Shown here in pieces: positions 29,420 to 40,182 of a DNA stretch of 61,718 nucleotides. Origin of the DNA: Planctomycetota bacterium (GTDB taxonomy: Bacteria > Planctomycetota > J058); assembly GCA_023954375.1 (NCBI GenBank), contig JAMLIC010000006.1, forward strand, positions 210,972 to 272,689, in the 5' to 3' direction. The stretch's first letter is position 1, and every line of letters starts with the position of its first letter. The notes beneath the pieces were generated by a model. The model did no database searches. It saw only the letters and a list, made by a program, of their open reading frames with translations, and was not told where the DNA came from. Made by a program: the position numbers and the translations under genes.

Positions 29420-30545
29420 GCGCCACCTCCTCGCGCCTGGCCAGCGGCAGGGTCCGCCCGGCGGCCGGCGCCACCACCTCCGCCCCCGCCGCGCGCACGA
29501 GCGCGAGCGCCTCGTCGAGGCAGGCCCGCTCGAGCGCGCACACGAGCCCGTCGGGGCGGTCGAGCGCGCCCGTGCGGGCGAGGTTCGCGCAGGCGCAGCC
29601 GTGCTGGCAGTGCGGGCGCGTCGCGCAGCCGTCGCACGTCGCCTCGCCCGGCGCGGGCCGCGAGAGCGCCGGGAAGGGCCCGTCGCCGTCGTCCACGCGG
29701 CCGAAGGCCAGCGGGTCGCCCGGGGGGTCCTCGCCGACGAGGCGCTCGCAGGGATAGAGCCGGCCCGACGGCGCGACCGCCACCTCGCCCTGGCCCACGC
29801 CGCACGCGCCGGCCGGCCGGCCGTGGAGGAGCGACCAGGCCTTCGCGTCGAGCCAGTCGACGTGGAGCCCCGGCCGCGTCGCCTGGAGGTCGCGCAGCTC
29901 GCGCACGGCCGCGCGCAGGCGCGGGAGGTCGTCCTCGCGCCAGGGCGCCGACATGTCGAGCGTCGGCGCGAGGTGGGCGACGCCGCGCGCGACGAGGGCG
30001 CGCGCGCCCTCGACGAGGCGGTCGAGCGATGCCGGCCGCACGACGGAGACGACGGCGAAGGGCGCGCGCCGAGCGACGAGCAGGTCGATCGCGGCCAGCG
30101 CCGCCGCCGACGACGGCCGCCCGCCGCGGCGCGGGCGCGCGGCGTCGTGGACCTCGGGGAGCCCGTCCATGCTCACGGCCAGGCGCACGCCGAGGTCGAG
30201 CGCCTCGCCCAGGACCTCCGCGTCGAGGCGGGTGCCGTTCGTCGTCAGGACGGGGAGGAGCGGGGCGCCGGCGCGCGCGGCGCGCGCGTGCGCGTGGTGG
30301 AGGAGGGCGCGCGCCAGCGGCCACTCGAGCAGCGGCTCGCCGCCGAACAGGCTCAGCTCGAGCGGCTCGCCCGGGGTCAGGCCGGCGACGGCGCGGTCGA
30401 TCGCCCGCCGCCCGGTCGCGAGCGGCATGGCGCGGTCGACCTTGCGGCCCGTGTAGCAGTAGCTGCACGCCAGGTCGCACTGGTGCGTCAGGACGAGGCT
30501 CAGGCGCACGCGCCCCCCTCGACGGATCATAGGCGGTCGCGCCAC
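29406..30545 (-). CDS. radical SAM/SPASM-domain maturase (anSME/peptide-maturase-like)
   Basis: CDLACSYC radical-SAM cluster motif. C-terminal Cys-rich SPASM region CGVGQ...YPCERL...CDGCATRPHCQHGCACAN. Confidence 0.85.
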   Translation of the reverse strand: MARPPMIRRGGRVRLSLVLTHQCDLACSYCYTGRKVDRAMPLATGRRAIDRAVAGLTPGEPLELSLFGGEPLLEWPLARALLHHAHARAARAGAPLLPVLTTNGTRLDAEVLGEALDLGVRLAVSMDGLPEVHDAARPRRGGRPSSAAALAAIDLLVARRAPFAVVSVVRPASLDRLVEGARALVARGVAHLAPTLDMSAPWREDDLPRLRAAVRELRDLQATRPGLHVDWLDAKAWSLLHGRPAGACGVGQGEVAVAPSGRLYPCERLVGEDPPGDPLAFGRVDDGDGPFPALSRPAPGEATCDGCATRPHCQHGCACANLARTGALDRPDGLVCALERACLDEALALVRAAGAEVVAPAAGRTLPLARREEVARVGP

Positions 30546-30640
30546 CGGGCGCTCGTGCGGACCGCCGTAAGGTCTTCGGTGTGTGGCCAGGTTGCAGGCA
30601 CCACCTCCACGTGGCTACGGTGCATCCGGCGGAGGTGTCC

Positions 30641-31270
30641 ATGAGAGGTGCGCGGGCGCTCGCCCTCCTGATCGCGCTCCCGGGCCTGGCGGCGGCCCAG
30701 GAGCCGGAGGCGAAGGCGGTCCAGCGCGTGGTGCGCAACTTCGGCAAGCTGCGCGGCTACGCCGTGACGGCGGAGGTCGAGGGCGGCCAGGCGCGGGGGG
30801 CCGACCACCGGATCACGAACCACACGGTCAACACCGCCTACTCGGCCGTCGTGCTCGGCACGGTCTGCCGGGTCGACGCGCCCCGGCGCGCCTTCCGGCC
30901 CCGCGCCGGGCAGGGGGGCGCCGTCGAGGACGGCGTGCGCTGGTACGCCATGCTCGCCACCGACGACGGCCGGCGCATGGAGCGGCTCTTCCCCCGCCCC
31001 GAGGCCGTCCTGGCCGAGTGCCTGCGCCTCAAGGGCGCGGCGCGCTGGGTCACCGGGACGGCCCCGCCGCCGGCGGCCGAGGTCGCTTTGAGCCAGCGCG
31101 ACGAGGACGACGACGCGCCGCGCGGCACGAAGACCCGCGACAAGGACGACGACCCGGGCCAGGCGCCGCCCGCGCCGGCGTCGAACCACCTGCGGATCGT
31201 CGGCCCGCAGACCGTGGCGATCGAGCACTTCACGCGGATCCAGAACTCGGGGTGCTTCACCGAGGGGTGA
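30641..31270 (+). CDS. secreted hypothetical protein
   Basis: Signal peptide MRGARALALLIALPGLAAAQE. Divergent from the radical-SAM operon. Confidence 0.45.
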   Translation: MRGARALALLIALPGLAAAQEPEAKAVQRVVRNFGKLRGYAVTAEVEGGQARGADHRITNHTVNTAYSAVVLGTVCRVDAPRRAFRPRAGQGGAVEDGVRWYAMLATDDGRRMERLFPRPEAVLAECLRLKGAARWVTGTAPPPAAEVALSQRDEDDDAPRGTKTRDKDDDPGQAPPAPASNHLRIVGPQTVAIEHFTRIQNSGCFTEG

Positions 31271-31285
31271 GGCGTCTCCGAGACC

Positions 31286-31534
31286 TTGTCCCGTGCGGAC
31301 AAGACCCAGACCCAGATCGTCTACGACCTCCTCCTCGACGAGCGCAACGAGCGCGTCCGCGAGCTCCACGTGACCGTGCTGTGCGCCAGCCGCACCGACC
31401 AGGGCCCCGTGACCGGCCCCGACGCCCTGACCACCCGGCCGCACGTGGCCTTCTTCACCCGCTACCGCTTCTCCCGCGAGGACCAGGTGGAGCGGTTCGA
31501 GGTGCCGGCGGAGGCGGCGAAGCTCTGCAGGTAG
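31286..31534 (+). CDS. small hypothetical protein (82 aa)
   Basis: TTG start, GC3-rich codons, charged composition. ORF-level evidence only. Confidence 0.3.
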   Translation: MSRADKTQTQIVYDLLLDERNERVRELHVTVLCASRTDQGPVTGPDALTTRPHVAFFTRYRFSREDQVERFEVPAEAAKLCR

Positions 31535-31565
31535 CGCGGCGCCCGCGGCCTGCGACAATCCCCGC

Positions 31566-32822
<1,257 letters not shown>

Positions 32823-32832
32823 TCAGGCGGGA

Positions 32833-33117
32833 TCACCCGGGTCTGGGAGCGTCGCGCGACGCAACGGACGCGGGGGAGTCTGCGGCAACGAGTCGCTCCA
32901 GCCCGGCGCGGACGACCGCGGCCAGCGCGAGGACCGGGGCGAGCGCGACCAGCGCCAGGTGCGCGCCGGCGTAGAGGAGGCCGAGGAGGCCCCGGCCGTC
33001 GAGCGGGGCGGCGCCGGAGAGGACGGCGGTGGCCTCGCGCCCGCCGAGGGCGTGGAGGACCAGGTAGACGACGACGATCCCCGCGGCCGAGATCGCCAGC
33101 CCGTTCCACGTCTTCAT
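32833..33117 (-). CDS. small membrane protein
   Basis: ATG at 33115-33117 overlaps the stop of the upstream gene. Three TM helices. Confidence 0.35.
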   Translation of the reverse strand: MKTWNGLAISAAGIVVVYLVLHALGGREATAVLSGAAPLDGRGLLGLLYAGAHLALVALAPVLALAAVVRAGLERLVAADSPASVASRDAPRPG

Positions 33118-34291
33118 CGCAGGGCCTCCCGCACCTTCGCCCAGAGCGGCCCCTGCACCATGGCGTAGAGGAGCACCGCGTCGCCGACCTGGTTGCTGGC
33201 CGCGTAGCGCAGCCCCTCGCCGTCTTCGACCGGGAAGCCGGCCAGGTCGAGCGAGGCCTGGAGCGCCCGCAGCCAGGTCCGGTCGCCGAAGGTGCTCGCG
33301 CCGAGGAAGGCCAGGCCGCTCGAGCCGGCGCTGGCCTCGAGCACGGGCACGATCGGCCCCGAGTCGACGTCGGGGTGCCCCGGGAGCGAGCGCGGCCACT
33401 CGCGCGCGAGGCCGAAGCCGAGCGCCGGGATCGCCAGCTCGCGCCGGGCGCGCTCGTACTGGTCGCGGGCGAACGCCTCGTCGACGAGCGCCAGGCAGTG
33501 GACGACCATCCAGATCGACGACCCCTCCGGCCCCTCCATGACCCGCCCGTCCCAGGCGTAGCGGCTGACGAGGAGCCCGGTCGTGGGCTCGACCAGCCGC
33601 GCGCGCGCCGTCTCGACCCAGCGCCGCGCGAGCGGGCCGTGGTCGGCCCGGTCGAGCGCGTCGTGGACGCGCAGGGCGGCGAGCGCCGCCGCGTTGCAGA
33701 AGGTCCAGCACTCGTCGGGGTAGCTCTCGCCCGAGAGCACCGGGCCGCCCTCGAGCGCCCGGACGATCCGCTCCGCGCGCTCGGCCAGGAGCGGCCGCCA
33801 GTCGGCGCGCTCCTCGACCAGGCGCCGCGCGCCGAGCATGAGGGCGACCTCGCCGTCGACGAACACGCTCCTGCCGTCCGCCTTCCAGCCTCCGTGCCGG
33901 CCATAGGGCATGAGGAAGTGCTGGTGCCCGCGCTCCGCCTCGAGGCGCAGGGTCTCCTCGACGATCGCGTCGATCGCCGCGAGGGCCCGGGCGCGCTCGG
34001 GCGAACCCGGCAGGTCATGGGCGGCCATGTTCGCCAGGGCGAGGACGAGGAACGTCCGGCCCATGAAGTCCCACTCGGCGTTGGTCGCGCGCATGCGCGC
34101 GACCTCCCGGGCGCGGGCGTCGGGGGCGGACCAGAGCGCCAGATGCCGCGCCGCGAGCGCCCGCGCCCTCGGCGTGACGCGCTCGGCGCTGAACGACGCG
34201 TCGGGGTCGCGGCCGTAGACCAGGTGCAGGCACGGCAGCCAGACCAGCGCGGCCAGCACGAGCGAGAGCGCCGTCAGGCCCAGGCGCCTCA
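33114..34291 (-). CDS. membrane-anchored hypothetical protein (~392 aa)
   Basis: GTG start overlapping the stop of the VOC gene (GTGA). N-terminal TM helix then a soluble domain. Confidence 0.5.
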
Positions 34292-34651
34292 CGCGTCCAC
34301 CTCGGCGAAGCGCAGGCGGTTGCCGGAGGGGTCGGTGACCTCCATGACCTTGCCGCCCCACGGGGCGTCGTCGAGCGAGGGCCGGCAGGAGGCGTAGCCC
34401 TTCGACGTGACCTCGCGATGCAGGTCGGCCAGGCCGGTCGTGCGCACGAACACGACGACGCCCGGGCTGCCGTCGCCGTGGTGCTCGCTCAGGTGCAGGA
34501 CGAGGTCGCCGCGCGAGACCTGCAGGTAGACCGGGAAGTCCGGGCCGAAGCGGTGCTCCCAGTCGACCGTCAGGCCGAGGAAGCCCACGTAGAAGGCGCG
34601 CGCCCTCTCCAGGTCGAAGATCCGCAGGATCGGGATCGCCTTGAAGCTCAT
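34289..34651 (-). CDS. VOC-family (glyoxalase/bleomycin-resistance) protein
   Basis: 120 aa with a paired beta-alpha-beta-beta-beta pattern (ILRIFDLERARAFYVGFLG...HLSEHHGD). Confidence 0.7.
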   Translation of the reverse strand: MSFKAIPILRIFDLERARAFYVGFLGLTVDWEHRFGPDFPVYLQVSRGDLVLHLSEHHGDGSPGVVVFVRTTGLADLHREVTSKGYASCRPSLDDAPWGGKVMEVTDPSGNRLRFAEVDA

Positions 34652-35316
34652 GCGGGCTCCTCGTCCGGATCGTCGGGGCGGGAGGCGAGGCGGACGGCCA
34701 GGGCCGCGACGAACGCCAGGCCGAAGAGGGTCAGGCCGACGGCGAGCGCCGCCGGCACGACCTGGGGCAGGTCCAGGGCCGCGACGCGCTCGGTGTGAGC
34801 CACCGCCCAGGCTACCGGCGCGGCGGGGATGGCGGCGGCGAGGGCGACGCCGAACTCGGCGGGGAGCGGGCGGCGGCGAGCGCGGCGCAGGACGGCCCAG
34901 GCGAGGGCCAGCCAGGCGACGAGGGCCAGCGCGACGGCGGTCGGCACCTGGAGGACCCGGCGCGGCCAGTCCTCTCCGGCCCCGTAGACCCCCGCCACGA
35001 CGTCGTCGCCGGGGTCGTCGACGTCCGGTCCGTCGCTCACGGCCTCGTGCATGGGGCGAGGCACGCAGCCGTCCGTGCCGAGGGCGAGCATCACGCTGGT
35101 CCGCCAGCGGAACGGCCGTCCCCAGGGGTCGGTCACGACGTCGTCGGGCACCTGCTCCGTGAAGCGCACCGGCGGCGCCCCGCCGCTGCCCTCCTCCCAG
35201 GCCAGCCGCACGGCGGCCCGCGGCTCGAGCTCACGTCCTGCCCGCAGGAGGAGCCCCGGCCCCGTGAGCGCCAGGGCGACGAGGGCCAGGCACGCGACGC
35301 GGTCGACCGTCTTCAC
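34648..35316 (-). CDS. hypothetical membrane protein, paralog A (DPWGRPFRW motif)
   Basis: GTG start overlaps the paralog B stop (GTGA). N-terminal TM, periplasmic segment and a C-terminal TM pair. Confidence 0.45.
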   Translation of the reverse strand: MKTVDRVACLALVALALTGPGLLLRAGRELEPRAAVRLAWEEGSGGAPPVRFTEQVPDDVVTDPWGRPFRWRTSVMLALGTDGCVPRPMHEAVSDGPDVDDPGDDVVAGVYGAGEDWPRRVLQVPTAVALALVAWLALAWAVLRRARRRPLPAEFGVALAAAIPAAPVAWAVAHTERVAALDLPQVVPAALAVGLTLFGLAFVAALAVRLASRPDDPDEEPA

Positions 35317-36095
35317 CGCGCGCCCTCGGGCCGGGACGCCAGCCGCACGCCGAGCGCGAGGAGGAGGCAGGGCGCGACGATCGTCAGCGCGACGGCCAGC
35401 CCGGCCGGGAGGAGTAGGGGGAGGTTTGCCGTGAGCCGCGTGGCGGCGTCGGACGTGGCGACGAGCCAGGCGACCGGGACGGCCGGGAGCGCGGCCACGC
35501 AGGCCAGCGCGACCTCGCGGGCGCGCGTGCGCAGCGGGCGCAGGCGCAGGAGGGCCCAGGCGACGATCAGCCAGGCGGCGGCGAGGAGCGCGGCGAGGGC
35601 GGGATGCGCGGCGAGGGTCCGCTGCCACCTGGGCCAATCGTCAAGGCGTCTGACCCATATGGGGCTCGAATTCTCCGGGTCGGAAGGCGCCTGTCCGAGG
35701 CTCTTCGCCTGGTGACCCTGGCGGTGAGTGAGGGGCCAGCCCGCCGGTCGCAGGTTCAGGACGGGCCCGCTGTAGTAGCCGTACTCGAAGTCAGCCCACG
35801 CGAACGGCCGTCCCCAGGGATCGAGCGGCAGAGGCCCCGGCGGAGGTGGCAGGTCGCACTGCATGTCGTTGTAAGGAACCCTGCGTGTCGGGGTGTAGAC
35901 CACCCGCACCGGCTCCCCGCCACCCCCCCGCTCCCACGCCAGCGCCACGCACAGGGCGGGGTCGAGGATTAGCGCGGCGCGCTCGGCCAGCGACGGACCG
36001 GCCAGGGCGATCACGAGCAGCCCCAGCAACGCCGCCCGATCGAGCGGTCGCAGGCGGCGCAGGCGGTCGAGCGGTCGCGGCACGAGGGCCATCAT
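35313..36095 (-). CDS. hypothetical membrane protein, paralog B (DPWGRPFAW motif)
   Basis: Same architecture as paralog A and the same C-terminal GVRLASRP ending. Confidence 0.45.
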   Translation of the reverse strand: MMALVPRPLDRLRRLRPLDRAALLGLLVIALAGPSLAERAALILDPALCVALAWERGGGGEPVRVVYTPTRRVPYNDMQCDLPPPPGPLPLDPWGRPFAWADFEYGYYSGPVLNLRPAGWPLTHRQGHQAKSLGQAPSDPENSSPIWVRRLDDWPRWQRTLAAHPALAALLAAAWLIVAWALLRLRPLRTRAREVALACVAALPAVPVAWLVATSDAATRLTANLPLLLPAGLAVALTIVAPCLLLALGVRLASRPEGAR

Positions 36096-36195
36096 GCCTC
36101 TCGCCCGGAGGGACCGCGAGTCGCCTCTGCGTTGCACCCGGTTTCGATCCTGGGGCGAGGGCGTAGGATCGACCACGCACCGGATCGGGGGTCCC

Positions 36196-36939
36196 ATGAC
36201 CACGCTGCGCGCCCTCGCGCTCCTGCCGCTCGTCCTGCTCGCCGGCTGCCTCGACTACACCGAGGAGGTCTTCGTCCAGCGCGACGGCTCCGGCCGCATG
36301 CGCACGGAGGTCGCGGTCCTCGCCGAGTTCCTCACCGACGAGGACGTGGCCGAGATGCGCCAGGGCCTGGAGGAGGCCGCGGCGGCGCTGCGGCAGGACC
36401 CGGACGTCACGAAGGTCGAGGTCGCCGACCGGCGCCAGGGCCTCAAGCACGCGTTTCTCCTCGACGTGTCGACTCGCACCTACGAGGCCCTGCCGCGCGT
36501 GATGCAGGCCGAGGACTGGCTGCGCCTCGACGCCCGCGAGGGCAAGCGCCTGGGCTACGTGCGCCTGCTCGACGACGGCGGGTCGGCCGCCGCGCTGGCG
36601 CGCGCCGGGCGGCGCACGCCCGACGTGGGCCGCGCCGACGACCTGGCCCGGCGGTTCGCCGGCAAGGCCGGCGTGCGCGCCCCGCAGGACGAGCAGCCCG
36701 AGTTCCACGTGACCTTCCGCCTGCACGCGCCGAAGGTCGTGAAGACCAACGGCGAGGTCGCGGGCGGCGTGACCACCTGGCGCTGGCGCCTCGAGGACTT
36801 CGAGGGCCAGGCGCCGCCGCAGCTCGAGGCCGAGGCCGACCTGTCGGGGCCCTCGTTCCTCCTCCCCGTCGCGCTCGCGCTCGGCCTCGGCGTCCCGCTC
36901 CTGTGGCTGCGCCGGAAGTGGCAGCGCCGCTGGGAGTGA
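36196..36939 (+). CDS. lipoprotein with a C-terminal hydrophobic anchor
   Basis: MTTLRALALLPLVLLAGC lipobox. C-terminal LLPVALALGLGVPLLWLRRKWQRRWE resembles a sorting/anchor segment. Confidence 0.5.
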   Translation: MTTLRALALLPLVLLAGCLDYTEEVFVQRDGSGRMRTEVAVLAEFLTDEDVAEMRQGLEEAAAALRQDPDVTKVEVADRRQGLKHAFLLDVSTRTYEALPRVMQAEDWLRLDAREGKRLGYVRLLDDGGSAAALARAGRRTPDVGRADDLARRFAGKAGVRAPQDEQPEFHVTFRLHAPKVVKTNGEVAGGVTTWRWRLEDFEGQAPPQLEAEADLSGPSFLLPVALALGLGVPLLWLRRKWQRRWE

Positions 36940-36971
36940 GCTCCCTCTCCTGAAACGAGTTGAAGCGCCGT

Positions 36972-37006
36972 CTGGGGGGTTGACGAGCAGGGTATGTGCA
37001 TATACA
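36972..37006 (+). promoter_or_regulatory. candidate sigma70-type promoter (TTGACG-17-TACACT) with an AT-rich imperfect palindrome that may be a MarR operator
   Basis: A local low-GC island (gtatgtgcatatacactcat) in an otherwise >70% GC region, directly at the MarR start. Confidence 0.3.
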
Positions 37007-37941
37007 CTCATGGGGTGGTCACGACGCGCGAGCTCTCCGTCACGAGGGGCTGCCTGTGCCTGGCGGCGCGCCGGCGCTCGCGGGCGGTCACGCGCCTGTT
37101 CGAGGACAAGCTCCGGCCGCACGGGCTGCGCGCCACGCAGTTCTCGGTGCTCGCCGCGCTGGCCCTCAAGGGGCCGACGCGCGTGGGCGAGCTGGCCGAC
37201 CTGCTCGGGCTCGAGCGCACGACGCTCACCCGCAGCGCGGACCTGCTCGAGCGCAACGGCTGGATCGACGAGGGGCCGGCCGACGACGCGCGCGAGCGGC
37301 CGCTGCGCCTCACGCCGGCCGGCCGCGAGAAGCTCGAGGCGGCCTTCCCGGCCTGGCAAGAGGGTCAGGCGGAGGCGTCGGCCGGGACCCCGAACATGAA
37401 CGTGTCGAGCCCCAGGGGGGCCAGCAGAGGAGACGTGATGGCGACCGAGACGACGACGACCCCGGCCGAGGCGTGCGCCGGGATGCCCGAGGTGAAGCCG
37501 CAGGCGGAGCACGCCTGGCTGCGCCGGCTCGTGGGCGAGTGGACGTGGGAGATGGACGCGCCGGACGGCAAGGGGAAGCTCTCCGGGACCGAGACGGTGC
37601 GCACCGTCGGCGACGTGTGGATCGTCGGCGAGGGCCAGGGCGCCATGGGCAGCATGGTGCTCACGCTCGGCTACGACCCGGCGAAGGAGCGCTTCGTCGG
37701 CACCTGGATCGGGTCGATGATGACGCACATGTGGATCTACGACGGCGAGCTCGACGCCGCCGGGCGGGTGTTGACGCTGCGCGCCGAGGGCCCCAGCATG
37801 ACGGGCGACGGCACGACGAAGCAGTACAAGGACGTGATCGAGCTCCTGAGCGACGACCGCCGGACGCTGAGCGGGCACTGCCAGGACGAGGACGGCACGT
37901 GGCGGCAGCTGATGACCATGGAGCTGCGGCGCAAGGCGTGA
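36994..37941 (+). CDS. MarR-family wHTH regulator domain (N-terminal ~130 aa) in the same open frame as a DUF1579 domain (C-terminal 167 aa, with its own AGGAG RBS and ATG at 37438)
   Basis: MarR motif LRATQFSVLAALALKGPTRVGELADLLGLERTTLTRSADLLERNGWI. DUF1579 motif LVGEWTWEMDAPDG. No stop between them. Confidence 0.55.
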   Translation: MCIYTHGVVTTRELSVTRGCLCLAARRRSRAVTRLFEDKLRPHGLRATQFSVLAALALKGPTRVGELADLLGLERTTLTRSADLLERNGWIDEGPADDARERPLRLTPAGREKLEAAFPAWQEGQAEASAGTPNMNVSSPRGASRGDVMATETTTTPAEACAGMPEVKPQAEHAWLRRLVGEWTWEMDAPDGKGKLSGTETVRTVGDVWIVGEGQGAMGSMVLTLGYDPAKERFVGTWIGSMMTHMWIYDGELDAAGRVLTLRAEGPSMTGDGTTKQYKDVIELLSDDRRTLSGHCQDEDGTWRQLMTMELRRKA

Positions 37942-38501
37942 CCCGCTGCGCCTGGGCGGGGACGGACCCGATCTACGTCGCCTACCACGACGAGGAGTGG
38001 GGCGTCCCCGTCCACGACGACCGGCGGTTGTTCGAGTTCGTCGTGCTCGAGGGGGCCCAGGCGGGCCTCTCCTGGCTGACGATCCTCAAGCGCCGCGAGG
38101 GCTACCGGAGGGCCTTCGCCGCCTTCGACCCGGCGAAGGTCGCGCGCTTCGACGCGAAGAAGCGCGCGGCCCTGCTCCAGGACGCGGGGATCATCCGCAA
38201 CCGCGCCAAGGTCGAGAGCGCGGTGAAGAACGCGAAGGCCTTCCTGGCCGTCCAGGAGGAGTTCGGCAGCTTCGCCGCCTATCAGTGGCGCTTCGTCGAG
38301 GGGCGCCCGGTGCAGAACGCCTGGAAGGAGCAGCGGCAGGTCCCGGCCACGTCGCCGCTCTCCGACGCCATGAGCAAGGACCTCAAGAGGCGCGGCTTCT
38401 CGTTCGTCGGCTCGACGATCGTCTACGCCCACATGCAGGCGGTCGGCATGGTGAACGACCACCTGGTCTCGTGCTTCCGCCACCGCGCGGTCGCCGGGTA
38501 G
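37938..38501 (+). CDS. tag: DNA-3-methyladenine glycosylase I
   Basis: CAWAGTDPIYVAYHDEEWGVP and the HhH-GPD-like Tag signature. GTG start overlaps the upstream stop. Confidence 0.8.
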   Translation: MTRCAWAGTDPIYVAYHDEEWGVPVHDDRRLFEFVVLEGAQAGLSWLTILKRREGYRRAFAAFDPAKVARFDAKKRAALLQDAGIIRNRAKVESAVKNAKAFLAVQEEFGSFAAYQWRFVEGRPVQNAWKEQRQVPATSPLSDAMSKDLKRRGFSFVGSTIVYAHMQAVGMVNDHLVSCFRHRAVAG

Positions 38502-38502
38502 G

Positions 38503-39375
38503 TCACGGCGCGAGCATCGTGACGCGCTCGCGCAGCCCGTCGGGCAGGGCGGCCAGGGCGCGCGCGACGTCGTCCTCGCGGTACTTGAGGCTGAAGTGCT
38601 TGAGCACGATGTGCCGCGCCGCCAGCGCCGCCGGGGCGCGCGCGAAGAGCGCGACGAGCTCGTCGAGGTGGGTGTGCCCGTAGCGCCGCGCCGTGGCCAC
38701 CTCGGTGCCGGGGAGGTGCGTGGCCTCCATGAGCAGCACGTCGCAGTCGCTCACCTCGGGGCGCTGCTCGAGGGTCTCGATCGTGCTGTCGCCGATGTAG
38801 GTCAGGCGCCGCCGCGCCGCCTCGGCGTGGACCGCCTCGCCGCGCCGCACGGCCGCCGAGACCTCGGCGGCCGGCCGCCCCTGCCAGGCGGGCAGGAGGG
38901 CGCGGGCGCGCTCGACGACGGTGTAGCCGCGCGAGGCGATCCGGTGCGTCACGTCGAACGCCTCGACCGTCCGGCCCCGCCCGAGCGCGAGGCGGTCGCC
39001 GGGGCGCACGGGCACGACGACGTCGCCCGCGGCGGCCGGGTCCTTGCCCTCGAGGCGCGCCCAGGCGCGCAAGAGGTCGCGCAGGGCCTCGGCGCTCTCG
39101 GCCGGGCAGTAGATCCGCGGCGGGCGCGCGCCGGTCATCGCGCGCAAGGACAGGTGACGGTGGACGCCGCCGGCGTGGTCCTGGTGGACGTGCGAGAGGA
39201 ACACGTGGCCCAGGCGCGCCGCCTCGACGCCGCAGTGGCCCAGGTCGAAGCAGGCGTCCAGCGCGGGGACGAGGACGTAGGTCGCCAGGCCCGAGATCGA
39301 GAAGGCCTCGAGCTCGAGCCCGGCGAGGGTCAGCGAGACGGGGAGCCCCGGGTTGTGGAGCGGGCGCCAGCGCAT
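38503..39375 (-). CDS. MBL-fold metallo-hydrolase (RNase Z/BN-like HxHxDH)
   Basis: HVHQDHAGG motif and downstream His/Asp ligands. 290 aa. Confidence 0.7.
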   Translation of the reverse strand: MRWRPLHNPGLPVSLTLAGLELEAFSISGLATYVLVPALDACFDLGHCGVEAARLGHVFLSHVHQDHAGGVHRHLSLRAMTGARPPRIYCPAESAEALRDLLRAWARLEGKDPAAAGDVVVPVRPGDRLALGRGRTVEAFDVTHRIASRGYTVVERARALLPAWQGRPAAEVSAAVRRGEAVHAEAARRRLTYIGDSTIETLEQRPEVSDCDVLLMEATHLPGTEVATARRYGHTHLDELVALFARAPAALAARHIVLKHFSLKYREDDVARALAALPDGLRERVTMLAP

Positions 39376-39416
39376 CGGGCGTCGTCGACTCTACCCGGCC
39401 GGCGCGAGGCGGGCCC

Positions 39417-40172
39417 GTGACCGGCTGGGTCGAGGCGAACACGATCTTCCTCACGCTCGCGGGCAGCCGCCTCTACGGCACGGACACGCCCGCCTCCGAC
39501 GTCGACCGGCGCGGGGTGTGCGTCCCGCCGCCCGAGGTCGCGCTCGGGTTCGCGCGGCCGTTCGAGCAGCACCAGGTCCCCGGCGAGGACACGGTGATCT
39601 TCTCCCTGCGGAAGTTCATGGAGCTGGCCGCCGCCTGCAACCCGAACTTCATCGAGCTCCTCTTCGCCCCGGACGACGCCGCGCTCGTCCGCCGCCCGAC
39701 CTGGGAGCGGCTCGTCCGGCGCCGCGACGAGTTCCTCTCGGCCGCGGCCTTCCAGACCTTCACCGGCTACGCCGCCTCGCAGCTGGCGCGGCTCCGCGCC
39801 CGGCGCGCACGGCTCGCCGGGGCGGGCGACGCGGCGGTCGGCCGCGACCCCGCGCGCGCCGCGCTCGAGGCCCGCGCCGGCTACGACACGAAGGACGCAA
39901 TGCACCTCGTGCGCCTCCTGCGCATGGGCCACGAGCTCCTCACCCGCGGCGTCGTCCTCGTGCGGCGGCCGGACGCCGAGGAGCTGCGCGCCGTCCGCGA
40001 CGGCGCGTGGAGCTACGAGCGGCTCATGGGCGAGGTCGATGCGCTCCTCGCCGAGCTCACGGCCGTCCACGCCGAGCGCCGCTACGTGGTCCCCGAGCGC
40101 GTCGACCGCGAGGCGCTCTCGGACCTGTGCGCCGAGCTCCACCTCCAGCACTGGCGCGAGGCCCGCGCCTGA
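39417..40172 (+). CDS. Pol-beta-superfamily nucleotidyltransferase (RlaP-like, RNA-repair associated)
   Basis: LAGSRLYGTDTPASDVDRRGV matches the GS..YG...SDxD nucleotidyltransferase signature. Confidence 0.55.
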   Translation: MTGWVEANTIFLTLAGSRLYGTDTPASDVDRRGVCVPPPEVALGFARPFEQHQVPGEDTVIFSLRKFMELAAACNPNFIELLFAPDDAALVRRPTWERLVRRRDEFLSAAAFQTFTGYAASQLARLRARRARLAGAGDAAVGRDPARAALEARAGYDTKDAMHLVRLLRMGHELLTRGVVLVRRPDAEELRAVRDGAWSYERLMGEVDALLAELTAVHAERRYVVPERVDREALSDLCAELHLQHWREARA

Positions 40173-40182
40173 AGGAGTCCCC

